From positions 20,515 through 84,514 of the forward strand of contig UQCF01000010.1 of the NCBI GenBank assembly GCA_900539465.1: a stretch of DNA of 64,000 bases, given 5' to 3'. The number at the start of each line of letters is the position of its first letter. Within the stretch, counting starts at the first letter, position 1. The notes beneath the pieces were generated by a model. The model ran no database searches. It saw only the letters and a list, made by a program, of their open reading frames with translations, and was not told where the DNA came from. Both the position numbers and the translations under genes were made by a program. The DNA comes from an uncultured Ruminococcus sp. Its GTDB lineage: Bacteria; Bacillota; Clostridia; Oscillospirales; Acutalibacteraceae. This document shows positions 49,638 through 58,777 of this stretch, one piece after another.

Positions 49638-50735
49638 ATGGGTCTTTTCGACAAGAAGTTTTGCGATATTTGCGGTGAAAAGGTAAATATGCTCACACAA
49701 AAAAAGCTTTCCGACGGCTTGCTTTGCTCTGATTGCAAGCACAAGCTCGGCTCTTTCACAAGCGGATGGAAGCAGAGAACGGTTCAGGATGTTAAAACGC
49801 ATTTTGAGCAGAGAGAACAAAATAAGCAGAAATACCAGCGCTTTCAATGCACGGCAAGTGCGGGCGGAAGGAACAACTCGCTTCAGGTTGATTTTAATAA
49901 CCGCTGGTTCATCTTTGCCGTTGATAACAGAGATTACAAGAGCGGCAACCCTCAGGTGTTCGACTTTTCACAGCTTCAGGATTTCTGGATAGAGCAGGAG
50001 TTCAGAACACTTACGGATTCCGACAACGACGGTATACCGGACAGCAGGGATGACTTCGATAACAGACAGCTTAACAATAACCAAAACGGATACGGCAGAA
50101 TGAACAACACAATGAATATGAACACGGCAATGGTCAATATTCCTCTTTCCGCTCAGCCGTTCGTCCGCAACTCAAGCTCTTACTCCTCGTCGGGAGAAAT
50201 CCGTGAGGTTAGCAACATAAAGGTTTGCTTCAGAGTTACGGATCCGTTTATAACGGAGCCTATAGGCTTCTGCGTAACATCAAGCATATCATCCGGCAAT
50301 CAGATGGAGCTTATGAACGCATATGAGGCAGCGGTTCAAGTAATGCAGCTTTGCCGTCAGATAAAGCAGGGCGACGCACCGATGAATCAGGGCTATGCTC
50401 AGCCTCAGCAGAATATGGGCGGATTTGCGGGAAATGCGCCTCAAAACACCGCTTATGCTCAGCCTTCTCAGCCGGTATACGGTCAACCCGCTCAGCCTGT
50501 ATACGGTCAGCCCGTACAACAGGCATATGCTTCTGCGGCACCTGTTCAGGCTCAAAGCGCAGACACTTCATGGGTGTGCCCCTCCTGCGGAACACGCAAT
50601 GACGGCAAATTCTGCCAGGGATGCGGCTCTGCAAAGCCGGCCGCAACGCCCTCACGATGCCCGAGCTGCGGATGGACTCCGGCAAACGGTCAGCCGATGC
50701 CGAAATTCTGCCCCGAATGCGGAGCGCGTTTGTAA
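49638..50735 (+). CDS. DUF4428-like N-terminal zinc-ribbon protein with Gln/Pro-rich linker and two C-terminal zinc ribbons homologous to those of the upstream gene
   Basis: MGLFDKKFCDICGEKVN..LLCSDCK. C-terminus WVCPSCGTRNDGKFCQGCG and CPSCGW..KFCPECG. AAGGAGA RBS. Confidence 0.55.
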   Translation: MGLFDKKFCDICGEKVNMLTQKKLSDGLLCSDCKHKLGSFTSGWKQRTVQDVKTHFEQREQNKQKYQRFQCTASAGGRNNSLQVDFNNRWFIFAVDNRDYKSGNPQVFDFSQLQDFWIEQEFRTLTDSDNDGIPDSRDDFDNRQLNNNQNGYGRMNNTMNMNTAMVNIPLSAQPFVRNSSSYSSSGEIREVSNIKVCFRVTDPFITEPIGFCVTSSISSGNQMELMNAYEAAVQVMQLCRQIKQGDAPMNQGYAQPQQNMGGFAGNAPQNTAYAQPSQPVYGQPAQPVYGQPVQQAYASAAPVQAQSADTSWVCPSCGTRNDGKFCQGCGSAKPAATPSRCPSCGWTPANGQPMPKFCPECGARL

Positions 50736-50736
50736 T

Positions 50737-51222
50737 TTGAAGCGCGCAGACCATATTATCAAAAAAGCGAGTTTATTTTTGCTTATGTTATTATTACCTG
50801 TAAGTCTTTTCGGCTGCAAAGCAAAGAAAACATATACTGCGGCAGACGTGAGCATAATCAGCTTTTCCTGTTCATCCATGAACTACTCGGATTCTTATGT
50901 TTTTTCTCTCGAAAAAGCAGATGACGAATGGTTGTTCGACGCAGGCTATTCCTACGACTACGAAAATCCGAGGGTCGAATTTGAGAACAAAAAGGTCAGC
51001 GCACAGGATGTTGCGGCCATACTTGATGTTGTGGATGAGCAAAGCCTTATTTTACAGGCTCAAAAATATAAGCCGCCGCGAATCAAAGCCTTTGTACTCG
51101 ACGGCGGCGGATACTATCTGTATTTCAGGATGAATGACGGCACAGAGATCAGGGCGGAAATATATAACGACGATTTAAAAAAAGCATTACACACTTTGGC
51201 AGATAAATGCCGAACAACATAA
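50737..51222 (+). CDS. Hypothetical small lipoprotein
   Basis: Lipobox PVSLFGC. Start is uncertain: TTG 50737 is in frame directly after the upstream stop, or ATG 50788. The upstream part of ORF 50395-51222 overlaps the previous gene and is rejected. Confidence 0.4.
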   Translation: MKRADHIIKKASLFLLMLLLPVSLFGCKAKKTYTAADVSIISFSCSSMNYSDSYVFSLEKADDEWLFDAGYSYDYENPRVEFENKKVSAQDVAAILDVVDEQSLILQAQKYKPPRIKAFVLDGGGYYLYFRMNDGTEIRAEIYNDDLKKALHTLADKCRTT

Positions 51223-51270
51223 CCTACCGTGTGAATTACAGCACGGAATAATAAATTGGAGGAAAAAATT

Positions 51271-51915
51271 ATGGCAGACATTAAAGCAATGGCAACAGCA
51301 ACAGCCCCGAGAGAGTTTGAACTCTCTTATTCAACCACCATTGAAGAGGTATACGAAAAGCTCAGCGCACGCGCTTCGGCTTTTAAAATGCCCTTCAAAA
51401 TCAAAGAGGGTATTCCCGGAAAGCGCATTTCTTTTGAGAAAGAACCGAACCTCGATGTTACGGTTTGGCTCTTTGTAAAGGATGACAACAAAATCAAAAT
51501 CATGGCAAATATCCAGGAGAACAAAACAACAGTCAACGGTATGCGCATTGATAAAAACAGCGTAGTTCAAAAAGGCGTAAAAGGCGTAGCAAACCTTCCT
51601 ATTGAAAGAGGCGAGTATCTTGACGAGGTAACCGAAAAGGTTAAAAAGATACTTAACGGCGAGCAGGTTGAAGATTATGTTGCACCTGCCGTTCCGGAGG
51701 GCGCACAGGAACAGAAAAGCTGGGTTACAACTCTTCTTCTCTGCTTCTTCCTCGGCTATTTGGGCGTACATCGTTTTTATGTCGGCAAAACAGGTTCGGG
51801 CGTTCTTTATCTTCTTACCGCAGGCGTTTTCGGCATCGGCACGTTAATTGACTTCATAAAAATACTTCTCGGAAAATTTGAGGATAAGAACGGCAATCCC
51901 ATTAAAAAGAGCTAA
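51271..51915 (+). CDS. TM2 domain-containing protein
   Basis: C-terminal [40 protein letters not shown], typical TM2 two-helix domain. Start at ATG 51271 with GGAGGA RBS. Confidence 0.6.
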   Translation: MADIKAMATATAPREFELSYSTTIEEVYEKLSARASAFKMPFKIKEGIPGKRISFEKEPNLDVTVWLFVKDDNKIKIMANIQENKTTVNGMRIDKNSVVQKGVKGVANLPIERGEYLDEVTEKVKKILNGEQVEDYVAPAVPEGAQEQKSWVTTLLLCFFLGYLGVHRFYVGKTGSGVLYLLTAGVFGIGTLIDFIKILLGKFEDKNGNPIKKS

Positions 51916-51951
51916 AGCAAACCCACAGTTTTTAATAAGGAGGCATGAATT

Positions 51952-52620
51952 ATGAAAAAAATTATTGCATTACTGATGATATTTTCTCTTTCTCTTACTC
52001 TTTTTGCCTGCGGCAAAGCGGACGGCGGAAAAGATAATTCAGGCGAAGCCCCTAAATCTTCGGATAATCAAACACAGGGAAGCTCTGAGGATAAATCCGA
52101 AGCAGAACCCGTTTCAACCGAAATGAAAAAAGACGATGAGGGCAAAGGCCCGGCAGATATTGATGCAACCTTTATCAGCTTTAAGCTCCCGGCAGGCTAC
52201 TCTTATAAGGTCGATTCCTTCAGCAAGGACGAAAAAGATAAGCTCAAGGGCAATGTTACTATTTACATTTATAAGGACGGCGATTATTCAATTCTTGCAC
52301 AGCTTGTCGCCACTGCCAGGAACATGGTTAACAGCCGTGAAGAAGCAGTTGAGAACACAATAAAGCTTTGCAACCTTCAGTCTTACAAAGAGGGCAAATC
52401 CGAGGTTGGCAGCGACGTCACATTCGGCGGCTACCCCTATTCTCCGATTAAGGTTTCAACGGAATACGGCGTTCGGAATTACTTTGTAACTTATGTAAAC
52501 AGAGGCGAAACAGACAAAACGGGGCTTCTTGTTAAACTCGAAACAAAAGAGGATAAAATCAAGGCAGACGATCCGTTTATTAAAGAACTTCTTGATTCGC
52601 TCAAGGTTACCATGGCTTAA
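51952..52620 (+). CDS. Hypothetical lipoprotein
   Basis: Signal peptide with lipobox LFACG; acidic Ser/Asp-rich linker. Confidence 0.55.
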   Translation: MKKIIALLMIFSLSLTLFACGKADGGKDNSGEAPKSSDNQTQGSSEDKSEAEPVSTEMKKDDEGKGPADIDATFISFKLPAGYSYKVDSFSKDEKDKLKGNVTIYIYKDGDYSILAQLVATARNMVNSREEAVENTIKLCNLQSYKEGKSEVGSDVTFGGYPYSPIKVSTEYGVRNYFVTYVNRGETDKTGLLVKLETKEDKIKADDPFIKELLDSLKVTMA

Positions 52621-52713
52621 GCCTCGAGCGGCGGATGCGTAATGCACCGTCTTAAAACCGGCAGCTGTACCCGACAGGCTCGGGTGCAGCTCGGTTTAAT
52701 AGGAGGCGTTTAT

Positions 52714-53217
52714 ATGAGCAAAGTGCGAGACTCTAAAAAAAATCTAATATATGAAATTGTTGCACTGATTTTAGGCCTTATATTGCTTGTCGGAGGGGTT
52801 TATGAAATTGTCGCGAGCAGAATTGCGAGCCATGAATATAAAAAATCCACCGACATACGTGAGGTCACCGCAGTTGTTGCGGATTATAAAATACATACAG
52901 ATGATGACGATGACAGCTACACAGACCGTACAGAGTATGAGGCAAAGCTTTATTTTAAGGTTGAGGGAAAAACCTATGAAGGAAAAGAAACCTACTACCA
53001 TGAGATAAGCACGGGAGATATAGTTACCGTTACCGTGTATAAAACCAAAAAAGGCGATTACAAAATTGAGCCGGAGGGCAACCCTGTTAAATTTTTGCTG
53101 TACTGCATTGCAATTGTAATCGGCCTCGTGCTTACGGCAGCAATGATAAACAGTCTGACTTCAGACAATTCAGAGGAAAAGAAGAAAGATAATACAGAAA
53201 ATAAGGATTCCGCTTAA
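52714..53217 (+). CDS. DUF3592-like membrane protein (paralog 1)
   Basis: N-terminal TM, central beta-rich region (KTYEGKETYYHEISTGDIVTVTVYKTKKGDYKIEPEGNP), C-terminal TM. AGGAGG RBS before ATG 52714. Confidence 0.5.
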   Translation: MSKVRDSKKNLIYEIVALILGLILLVGGVYEIVASRIASHEYKKSTDIREVTAVVADYKIHTDDDDDSYTDRTEYEAKLYFKVEGKTYEGKETYYHEISTGDIVTVTVYKTKKGDYKIEPEGNPVKFLLYCIAIVIGLVLTAAMINSLTSDNSEEKKKDNTENKDSA

Positions 53218-53232
53218 ACGGGAGGCGATTAT

Positions 53233-53766
53233 ATGGGCAAAAAAATGAGCAAAGAAAAAAAGGATGACATTTTATACACAGTACTGACACTGCTTTTAGG
53301 TGTCGCAATGATTGCTGCGGGAGTATTCGGAGTTGTTTCCAGCAGAATTGAAAGCAAGGAGTATAAAAACTCGGCAGACATACATGAGGTCTCCGCAGTT
53401 ATATACAGCATATCGACCCATGAGGATAAGGACGATAACAACGATGTAAAAAACAAAACATACAAATTCAAAGTCAAATTTGATGTTGACGGAAAAACAT
53501 ATAAGGGTGAAGTTGAAAAGCGATACTACCCGAGAGAGTTGACAGATAAATATAAAAAATTAAAAATAGGCGACAATATCGACGTTGAAATATACAAAAC
53601 ATCAAAAGGGAGCTACAAAATTTCTCCGGAGGGAAATCCCGCTTACTTTATGCTCTATTGTTTCGCAATACCCGTCGGCGCGCTGATCGTTGTCGGAATG
53701 TCGATAGACCTCAAAAAAAAGAAATCAAAAAAAGATAACGGCGACAGCGGCACAACCGACAAGTAA
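53233..53766 (+). CDS. DUF3592-like membrane protein (paralog 2)
   Basis: Same architecture and clearly alignable with 52714-53217 (GVYEIVASRIASHEYKKSTDIREVTAVV vs GVFGVVSSRIESKEYKNSADIHEVSAVI; KTKKGDYKIEPEGNP vs KTSKGSYKISPEGNP). Confidence 0.5.
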   Translation: MGKKMSKEKKDDILYTVLTLLLGVAMIAAGVFGVVSSRIESKEYKNSADIHEVSAVIYSISTHEDKDDNNDVKNKTYKFKVKFDVDGKTYKGEVEKRYYPRELTDKYKKLKIGDNIDVEIYKTSKGSYKISPEGNPAYFMLYCFAIPVGALIVVGMSIDLKKKKSKKDNGDSGTTDK

Positions 53767-53777
53767 GAGGTGTTTTT

Positions 53778-55073
53778 ATGGATTTGTCAGACGCCTTTTG
53801 GCTTACGGCTGCATTTGTTGTGCTTTGCGGGTATTATATAGGCGAAAAAATTATAGATGTTGATTTTTCTTGCTTTTTGCCGAAAAATCTAAAAAAAGCA
53901 AAGATGAAGAGGCTGCTTGCCAAACGCAGCACTCCCCTTGAAGAAACGAAAATTAAAAAGACCATAAAAAAAGCTTTTGAAGAAATACTGATTCCACTCG
54001 GAAAAGCAGACGAAAAAAAGCTTCCGGCAAGGATGGATATGACCTTTCGGAAGAATATTATCGGTCAGATAAATAAGCTCAGGCAGCAAAAGCTCAGGCG
54101 CGAGATAAGAGTGACGGACGTTACCGCTTTGCCCAAAAACGATTTTACAAGATGGAACGATGACGGCAGAGAGTGGCGTGAGGCTGTGCTGGAGTGCTGC
54201 TCGCTTGAGCGCATTGTTTCGTCGCAGAACGAAGAAGTTAAGCATGAGATATACCGCAAAAAAGCTTGTCTGAGAGTGCTCCAGTCAAGGCATATCCGTT
54301 CCTCCGATCAAGAGGGAAAAAGAGAAAATTATTATTCCGACAAGCTTAGAATAATCTGCCCGTCCTGCGGCGCAGAGGTTAAGCTTCACAGTCAGCAGGT
54401 TGTCTGCGAATACTGCGGCGGACTGATACAAAACGACTTTTACGATTGGCAGACCGAGGAGTTTGAAATATACGAGAAAATCAGCACTAATATGCAAAGA
54501 TTTTTACAGCTTCTTGCGTCCATGAGCGTTCTTTTTCTCTGCGTATTTCTGTGCCTGTACCTAATCCCGGATACAGAGATTTCTCTTTCGGCGGGAGTCG
54601 GCTCGGCAATTGCCGTTTTGGCGGTTGTCATAGTCTCGCAATCACGCATAAAAACGAAGCAGGAGAAGCTTGCCGAAAAAATAGTCAGATATTCGGAAAA
54701 TTATCTGAGATCTTGTTTGAATGAATATTTTATGAAAAACCAATCCGATGATGATTTGTTTTATTACAGTGTCGGCACAATCAAGCTCAAGGAAGTTGTA
54801 AACACAGACAAAACAACCAAAATTACGGCTGATGTTTATGAAAGCAAAACATATCTTCCCAAAAATCAAAAGCCGTATACCAAAAAATCCAAAAAAAGAA
54901 TGACATTGCAAAGAGCAAGATACCCCGAAAGACGAAAGTCGGACGGTGCAATGTTCACCGAAAAAGACTGCCCGAGCTGCGGAGCAAACTTTTTGCCCGA
55001 TGAAAACGGCTGCTGCTCTTACTGTGGCTATACACTTCATGAGAGCAATGCAAAATGGCAGATTATATCCTGA
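53778..55073 (+). CDS. Hypothetical membrane protein with two zinc-ribbon motifs
   Basis: N-terminal TM, CPSCGAEV..CEYCGG, central double TM, C-terminal CPSCGAN..CCSYCGY. AGAGGTG RBS. Confidence 0.5.
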   Translation: MDLSDAFWLTAAFVVLCGYYIGEKIIDVDFSCFLPKNLKKAKMKRLLAKRSTPLEETKIKKTIKKAFEEILIPLGKADEKKLPARMDMTFRKNIIGQINKLRQQKLRREIRVTDVTALPKNDFTRWNDDGREWREAVLECCSLERIVSSQNEEVKHEIYRKKACLRVLQSRHIRSSDQEGKRENYYSDKLRIICPSCGAEVKLHSQQVVCEYCGGLIQNDFYDWQTEEFEIYEKISTNMQRFLQLLASMSVLFLCVFLCLYLIPDTEISLSAGVGSAIAVLAVVIVSQSRIKTKQEKLAEKIVRYSENYLRSCLNEYFMKNQSDDDLFYYSVGTIKLKEVVNTDKTTKITADVYESKTYLPKNQKPYTKKSKKRMTLQRARYPERRKSDGAMFTEKDCPSCGANFLPDENGCCSYCGYTLHESNAKWQIIS

Positions 55074-55105
55074 AGCCTTATTAAAACACATAGGAGGTCT
55101 AAACT

Positions 55106-56200
55106 TTGAGTGTATTACAAGAATACAAGTGCCCATGCTGCGGCGGCGCAATAGAGTTTGACAGCAATACTCAAAAGATGAAATGCCCGTATTGCGATAC
55201 GGAATTTGACATCGAAGCTCTTAAAAGCTATGACGAAACTCTCAAAAGCGATGCTGCTGACAGCATGGAGTGGGAAACCTCTGCCGGCATGGAATGGGAA
55301 AACGGAGAGGCAGACGGACTGAGATCGTACGTCTGCAAATCCTGCGGCGGCGAAATTGTCGGCGATGAAAACACGGCGGCAACATCCTGCCCGTTCTGCG
55401 GCAATCCGGTTGTTATGATGGGTCAGTTCTCCGGCGCGCTCAAGCCGGATATCATCATTCCGTTTAAGCTTGATAAGAAAGCCGCCAAAGAGGGGCTTCA
55501 AAAGCATTTGACCGGCAAGCGTCTTTTGCCTAAGGTGTTTAAAGACCAAAATCACCTTGACGAGGTTAAAGGCATATATGTTCCTTTTTGGCTTTTTGAT
55601 GCCGATGCTGATGCAAATGTCCGCTACCGCGCCACAACGGTCAGAACATGGAGCGATTCGGATTACAACTATACCGAAACAAGCCACTACAGCGTTTTCA
55701 GAGCAGGAAGCGTAGGCTTTGAAAACGTACCCGTTGACGGTTCAAGCAAAATGCCCGACGACCTTATGGAATCGGTTGAACCGTTTAACATAGGCGAAGC
55801 GGTAGATTTTCAAACGGCATACCTCGCAGGCTATCTTGCGGATAAGTACGACGTTACGGCAGAGCAAAGCATTGACAGAGCAAATGAAAGAATTAAACGC
55901 TCAACCGAAGATACCTTTGCTTCAACCGTAAAGGGGTATTCTACCGTCACTCCGGAGGGGTCAAACATAAATTTACGCAACGGAAAAGCAAAGTACGCTC
56001 TTTACCCTGTGTGGGTTCTCAACACCACATGGAAAGGGCAAAAATTTACCTTTGCAATGAACGGACAGACCGGCAAATTCGTCGGCAATCTGCCGGTTGA
56101 CGAGGGTGCGGCGGCAAAGTGGTTTGCCGGGCTCACCGTGGGTATTAGCGCCGCTGCATACGTTCTTGCCATTATCCTGCATTTGCTGGGAATAATTTGA
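55106..56200 (+). CDS. Hypothetical protein with two N-terminal zinc ribbons and C-terminal TM anchor
   Basis: CPCCGGAIEF..CPYCDTEF and CKSCGGEI..CPFCGNPV. TTG start 7 nt after AGGAGG. Confidence 0.55.
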   Translation: MSVLQEYKCPCCGGAIEFDSNTQKMKCPYCDTEFDIEALKSYDETLKSDAADSMEWETSAGMEWENGEADGLRSYVCKSCGGEIVGDENTAATSCPFCGNPVVMMGQFSGALKPDIIIPFKLDKKAAKEGLQKHLTGKRLLPKVFKDQNHLDEVKGIYVPFWLFDADADANVRYRATTVRTWSDSDYNYTETSHYSVFRAGSVGFENVPVDGSSKMPDDLMESVEPFNIGEAVDFQTAYLAGYLADKYDVTAEQSIDRANERIKRSTEDTFASTVKGYSTVTPEGSNINLRNGKAKYALYPVWVLNTTWKGQKFTFAMNGQTGKFVGNLPVDEGAAAKWFAGLTVGISAAAYVLAIILHLLGII

Positions 56201-56214
56201 GGAGGAATTGAATT

Positions 56215-57021
56215 ATGACTAAGAAAATAATATCGGTTCTGTTCGCAATTGTTCTTTGCTTCTGCACGGCTTTACCCGCTCTTGCCGCAGATGATGAAAG
56301 CGTTGAGACGGGCTTTACCGGCGAATATAACCGTGTTCAGGATTTAGCGGATGTTCTTTCACAAGAGGACTATGACCGGCTCAGCGACCTGTATGACGAA
56401 ATCGCCGAAAGACAGCATATTGATATTGTGTTTTGCATCACAAACAGCCTTAACGGCGCAACACCGAAAGATTATGCCATTGCTTTTTATGAAAAATTTG
56501 ATTTCGGATACGGTGACGAAAAAGACGGAATAATTCTTTTACTCAGTCTTGATTCGCGCGATTGGCGTATCGAAACAAGAGGCCGTGCAATCAAGATATT
56601 TAACGATTCCGAAATTCAAAGCATAGGCAGCCGTTTGAAGCTTGATCTCACAAATAACAATTATGCCGCTGCGGCAGAAAGCTTTGCCGATATTTGCGAT
56701 GAGGATATAACCGCTTATAACGAAAAAACCGGAGGCGTATTGCCGCCGCCGTTGTGGATTGCTGTTGCAATAGTCGCGGGCATTGTTGTGGCGTTTGTTA
56801 TTGTCCACTCTATGAAGAGCAAGCTTAAAACCGTCAAAATGCAGGCCGCGGCAGGCAGCTATCTCAAAAACGGCAGCCTCAACATAACTCAAAGTAATGA
56901 CATATTCCTTTACAGCAATGTTACAAGAACGGCAAAGCCGAAAGAAAACAGCAGCTCGGGTAGCAGCACACATACATCGTCGTCCGGCAACACCTACGGT
57001 GGCGGCGGCGGAAAATTTTGA
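56215..57021 (+). CDS. TPM domain-containing protein (TLP18.3/Psb32/MOLO-1 family) with C-terminal TM and Gly-rich tail
   Basis: Signal peptide, TPM-like core (DGIILLLSLDSRDWRIETRGRA), TM helix, Ser/Gly tail ending GGGGGKF. Confidence 0.65.
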   Translation: MTKKIISVLFAIVLCFCTALPALAADDESVETGFTGEYNRVQDLADVLSQEDYDRLSDLYDEIAERQHIDIVFCITNSLNGATPKDYAIAFYEKFDFGYGDEKDGIILLLSLDSRDWRIETRGRAIKIFNDSEIQSIGSRLKLDLTNNNYAAAAESFADICDEDITAYNEKTGGVLPPPLWIAVAIVAGIVVAFVIVHSMKSKLKTVKMQAAAGSYLKNGSLNITQSNDIFLYSNVTRTAKPKENSSSGSSTHTSSSGNTYGGGGGKF

Positions 57022-57036
57022 CAGGAGAGGATAAAA

Positions 57037-57603
57037 ATGGGGATTTTTGATAGATTAAACAACGCAAAACCGCAGGCGGCACCGTCTGCGCAGAATACCG
57101 GCTCAACAAAAGAGACTTTTACGTTTGCCGCTTTGCCGGAGAGCCTTGCTCAGATGCAGGCTCTCCCCGAGGCTGCTCTTGACAACCCGTTCAAGACCGC
57201 CGCGCTTACGGTTTGCGCGCTGTGTGCCTATGCCGCAGACAGGCAGATAGGCACCGAAATGCTGAATTGGCTCAGAGGACCGAGAGCCATGAACGGAATG
57301 GATATACAGTTCCTTAACGACCGTTTCCGCGACGGAAAGACCTATATCCCGTTCTCTTATTTTAACGGTGCCGTGCCGGAGAACGATTACACTCCGAGTC
57401 AGCCGTTCACTATAACCGTTGAAAGCAACCATGTTTCGGCGGAGGAGCAGGGCTATATGAAGCTGTTTATTCCGTGCGGAGGAGCAGACGCTCCGCGTCC
57501 CATAAAGCTCAGACAGCGCGGAAGTGACGGCAAGTGGTTCTTGTGGGAACAATATTTGCTCACCGGAATCCGCACACCTAAATCTGCCGACCCGTGGGCT
57601 TAA
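57037..57603 (+). CDS. Hypothetical protein
   Basis: 188 aa, N-terminus MGIFDRL. It is the third protein in this cluster that begins MG(L/I)(I/F). Confidence 0.45.
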   Translation: MGIFDRLNNAKPQAAPSAQNTGSTKETFTFAALPESLAQMQALPEAALDNPFKTAALTVCALCAYAADRQIGTEMLNWLRGPRAMNGMDIQFLNDRFRDGKTYIPFSYFNGAVPENDYTPSQPFTITVESNHVSAEEQGYMKLFIPCGGADAPRPIKLRQRGSDGKWFLWEQYLLTGIRTPKSADPWA

Positions 57604-58240
57604 TAGTAATTTTGAAAAAGTAAAAAGCATTATTGCAGAAGACCCAACCGCCGTCAACGCAGTTGCACCCAAAAGACCGCTTGACACGCGCGGAATGTCG
57701 CCGCATCAAGTATCGCTCTGCACAGGACGGCACAAGGAAATCGCATGGTTTTTTAGAAAACGGAGCAGGTGTAAACTTACCTTCCCGATAAAAATGAGCA
57801 GAAGAAGCCCCTCCTGCCCTCTTTGACGCGGTGAATGCCGCTGTATGGAATATGCGTGGGACGGAAAAGGCGCTAAGCTTCTGCATCTTGAATGGAAACA
57901 CACAAAAGAGAAATCTGATGATGCGTTCACATTTCTTAGGCGAATGTTAGAGCTCGGTGCGGATGTATCTGTAACCGATTACTACAGCAGAAATCGTTTA
58001 ACGGAGGCTGTATCGGAAGCGAACAATCTATGCCCTGTGTAGAATTATGACACAGGCGAATATTATCCCGGCAGGCCTATTACACCTGAAATGTGCGAGG
58101 ATCTGCGCCGCATTTTTAAACTGCTGATTGATGCCGGAGCCGACAAAAATAATGTTTCATTATTCTCAAAGAAGAGCATTCGCGAACATTATAAAAACGA
58201 GCCCGCCTGGCAAATATGCGGCGACATGTGGAACGAATAA
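57604..58240 (+). pseudogene. Decayed ankyrin-repeat-like gene (frameshifts plus in-frame TAG)
   Basis: Three frame fragments: ..KVKSIIAEDPTAVNAV.., ..LENGAGVNLPS.. (ankyrin-like LLENGADVN turn) and MEYAWDGKGAKLLHLEW..LGADVSVTDYYSRNRLTEAVSEANNLCPV-TAG-NYDTGEYYPGRPITPEMCEDLRRIFKLLIDAGADKNNVSLFSKK... The TAG at 58040-58042 is in frame with sensible sequence on both sides. Confidence 0.35.
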
Positions 58241-58777
58241 AACTATTTTAAACAAAGGACAAGGGGCTGTAAAAAAACAGCTGACAAAAAGAACGACTGC
58301 AAGTAACCGAAAAAGGTATGCTTGCAGTCGTTTTTGTGGTATAATTGAGATATGACGAAAAACTTGCCGGCTAGGTTAGTGCATCTTCAAGCCCCCAAAA
58401 ATCCCATATTTTACCGGCTACCGGCAAAAAAAGTATCCGAGACTCGCTTTTCACGAATCTCGGATTTTTTGAAGCTGTTTTTTACAGCCGCGTTTAGTTT
58501 ATATTTCGGTTAGGTTAAAATCCATTATGAACCTTGCGTATCTTCCGCCTCACAACAATCGAGCAGCCGAGGAATACCTGAACTTCTTTCGGATAAGAAA
58601 CCGTCAGGCGGTACGAAAAGTTGCCGTCCCCAAGGCTCTTTCCTGCTGACTTTGAAAAAGAGTAATGAAGGATGCGAAGTGCAAAGCTCAAACGTAAGTA
58701 TCGGTAAACCATACTGTTTTCTCTTATACACCCTCAGAGATCCCACGGAGGGCGTGTATAAATCATGTTAAATTGCC

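Noticed and set aside
50395-50736. Upstream part of ORF 50395-51222 overlapping the end of CDS 49638-50735
   Set aside because: It is out of frame with a well-supported gene containing zinc-ribbon repeats, and the translation is Arg/Leu-rich nonsense. Only the part after the upstream stop, with a lipoprotein signal, is plausible.
57524-58355. Treating 57524-57826, 57845-58042 and 58128-58355 as three independent small genes
   Set aside because: The frames are mutually shifted pieces of one degraded coding region; 58128-58355 is out of frame with the fragment that continues sensibly across the TAG. They are better explained as a pseudogene.
58515-58746. Small minus-strand ORFs (65 and 73 aa) in the 58500-58777 non-coding stretch
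   Set aside because: They have no RBS and overlap each other in different frames, and the composition does not look protein-like. The region is more likely non-coding.
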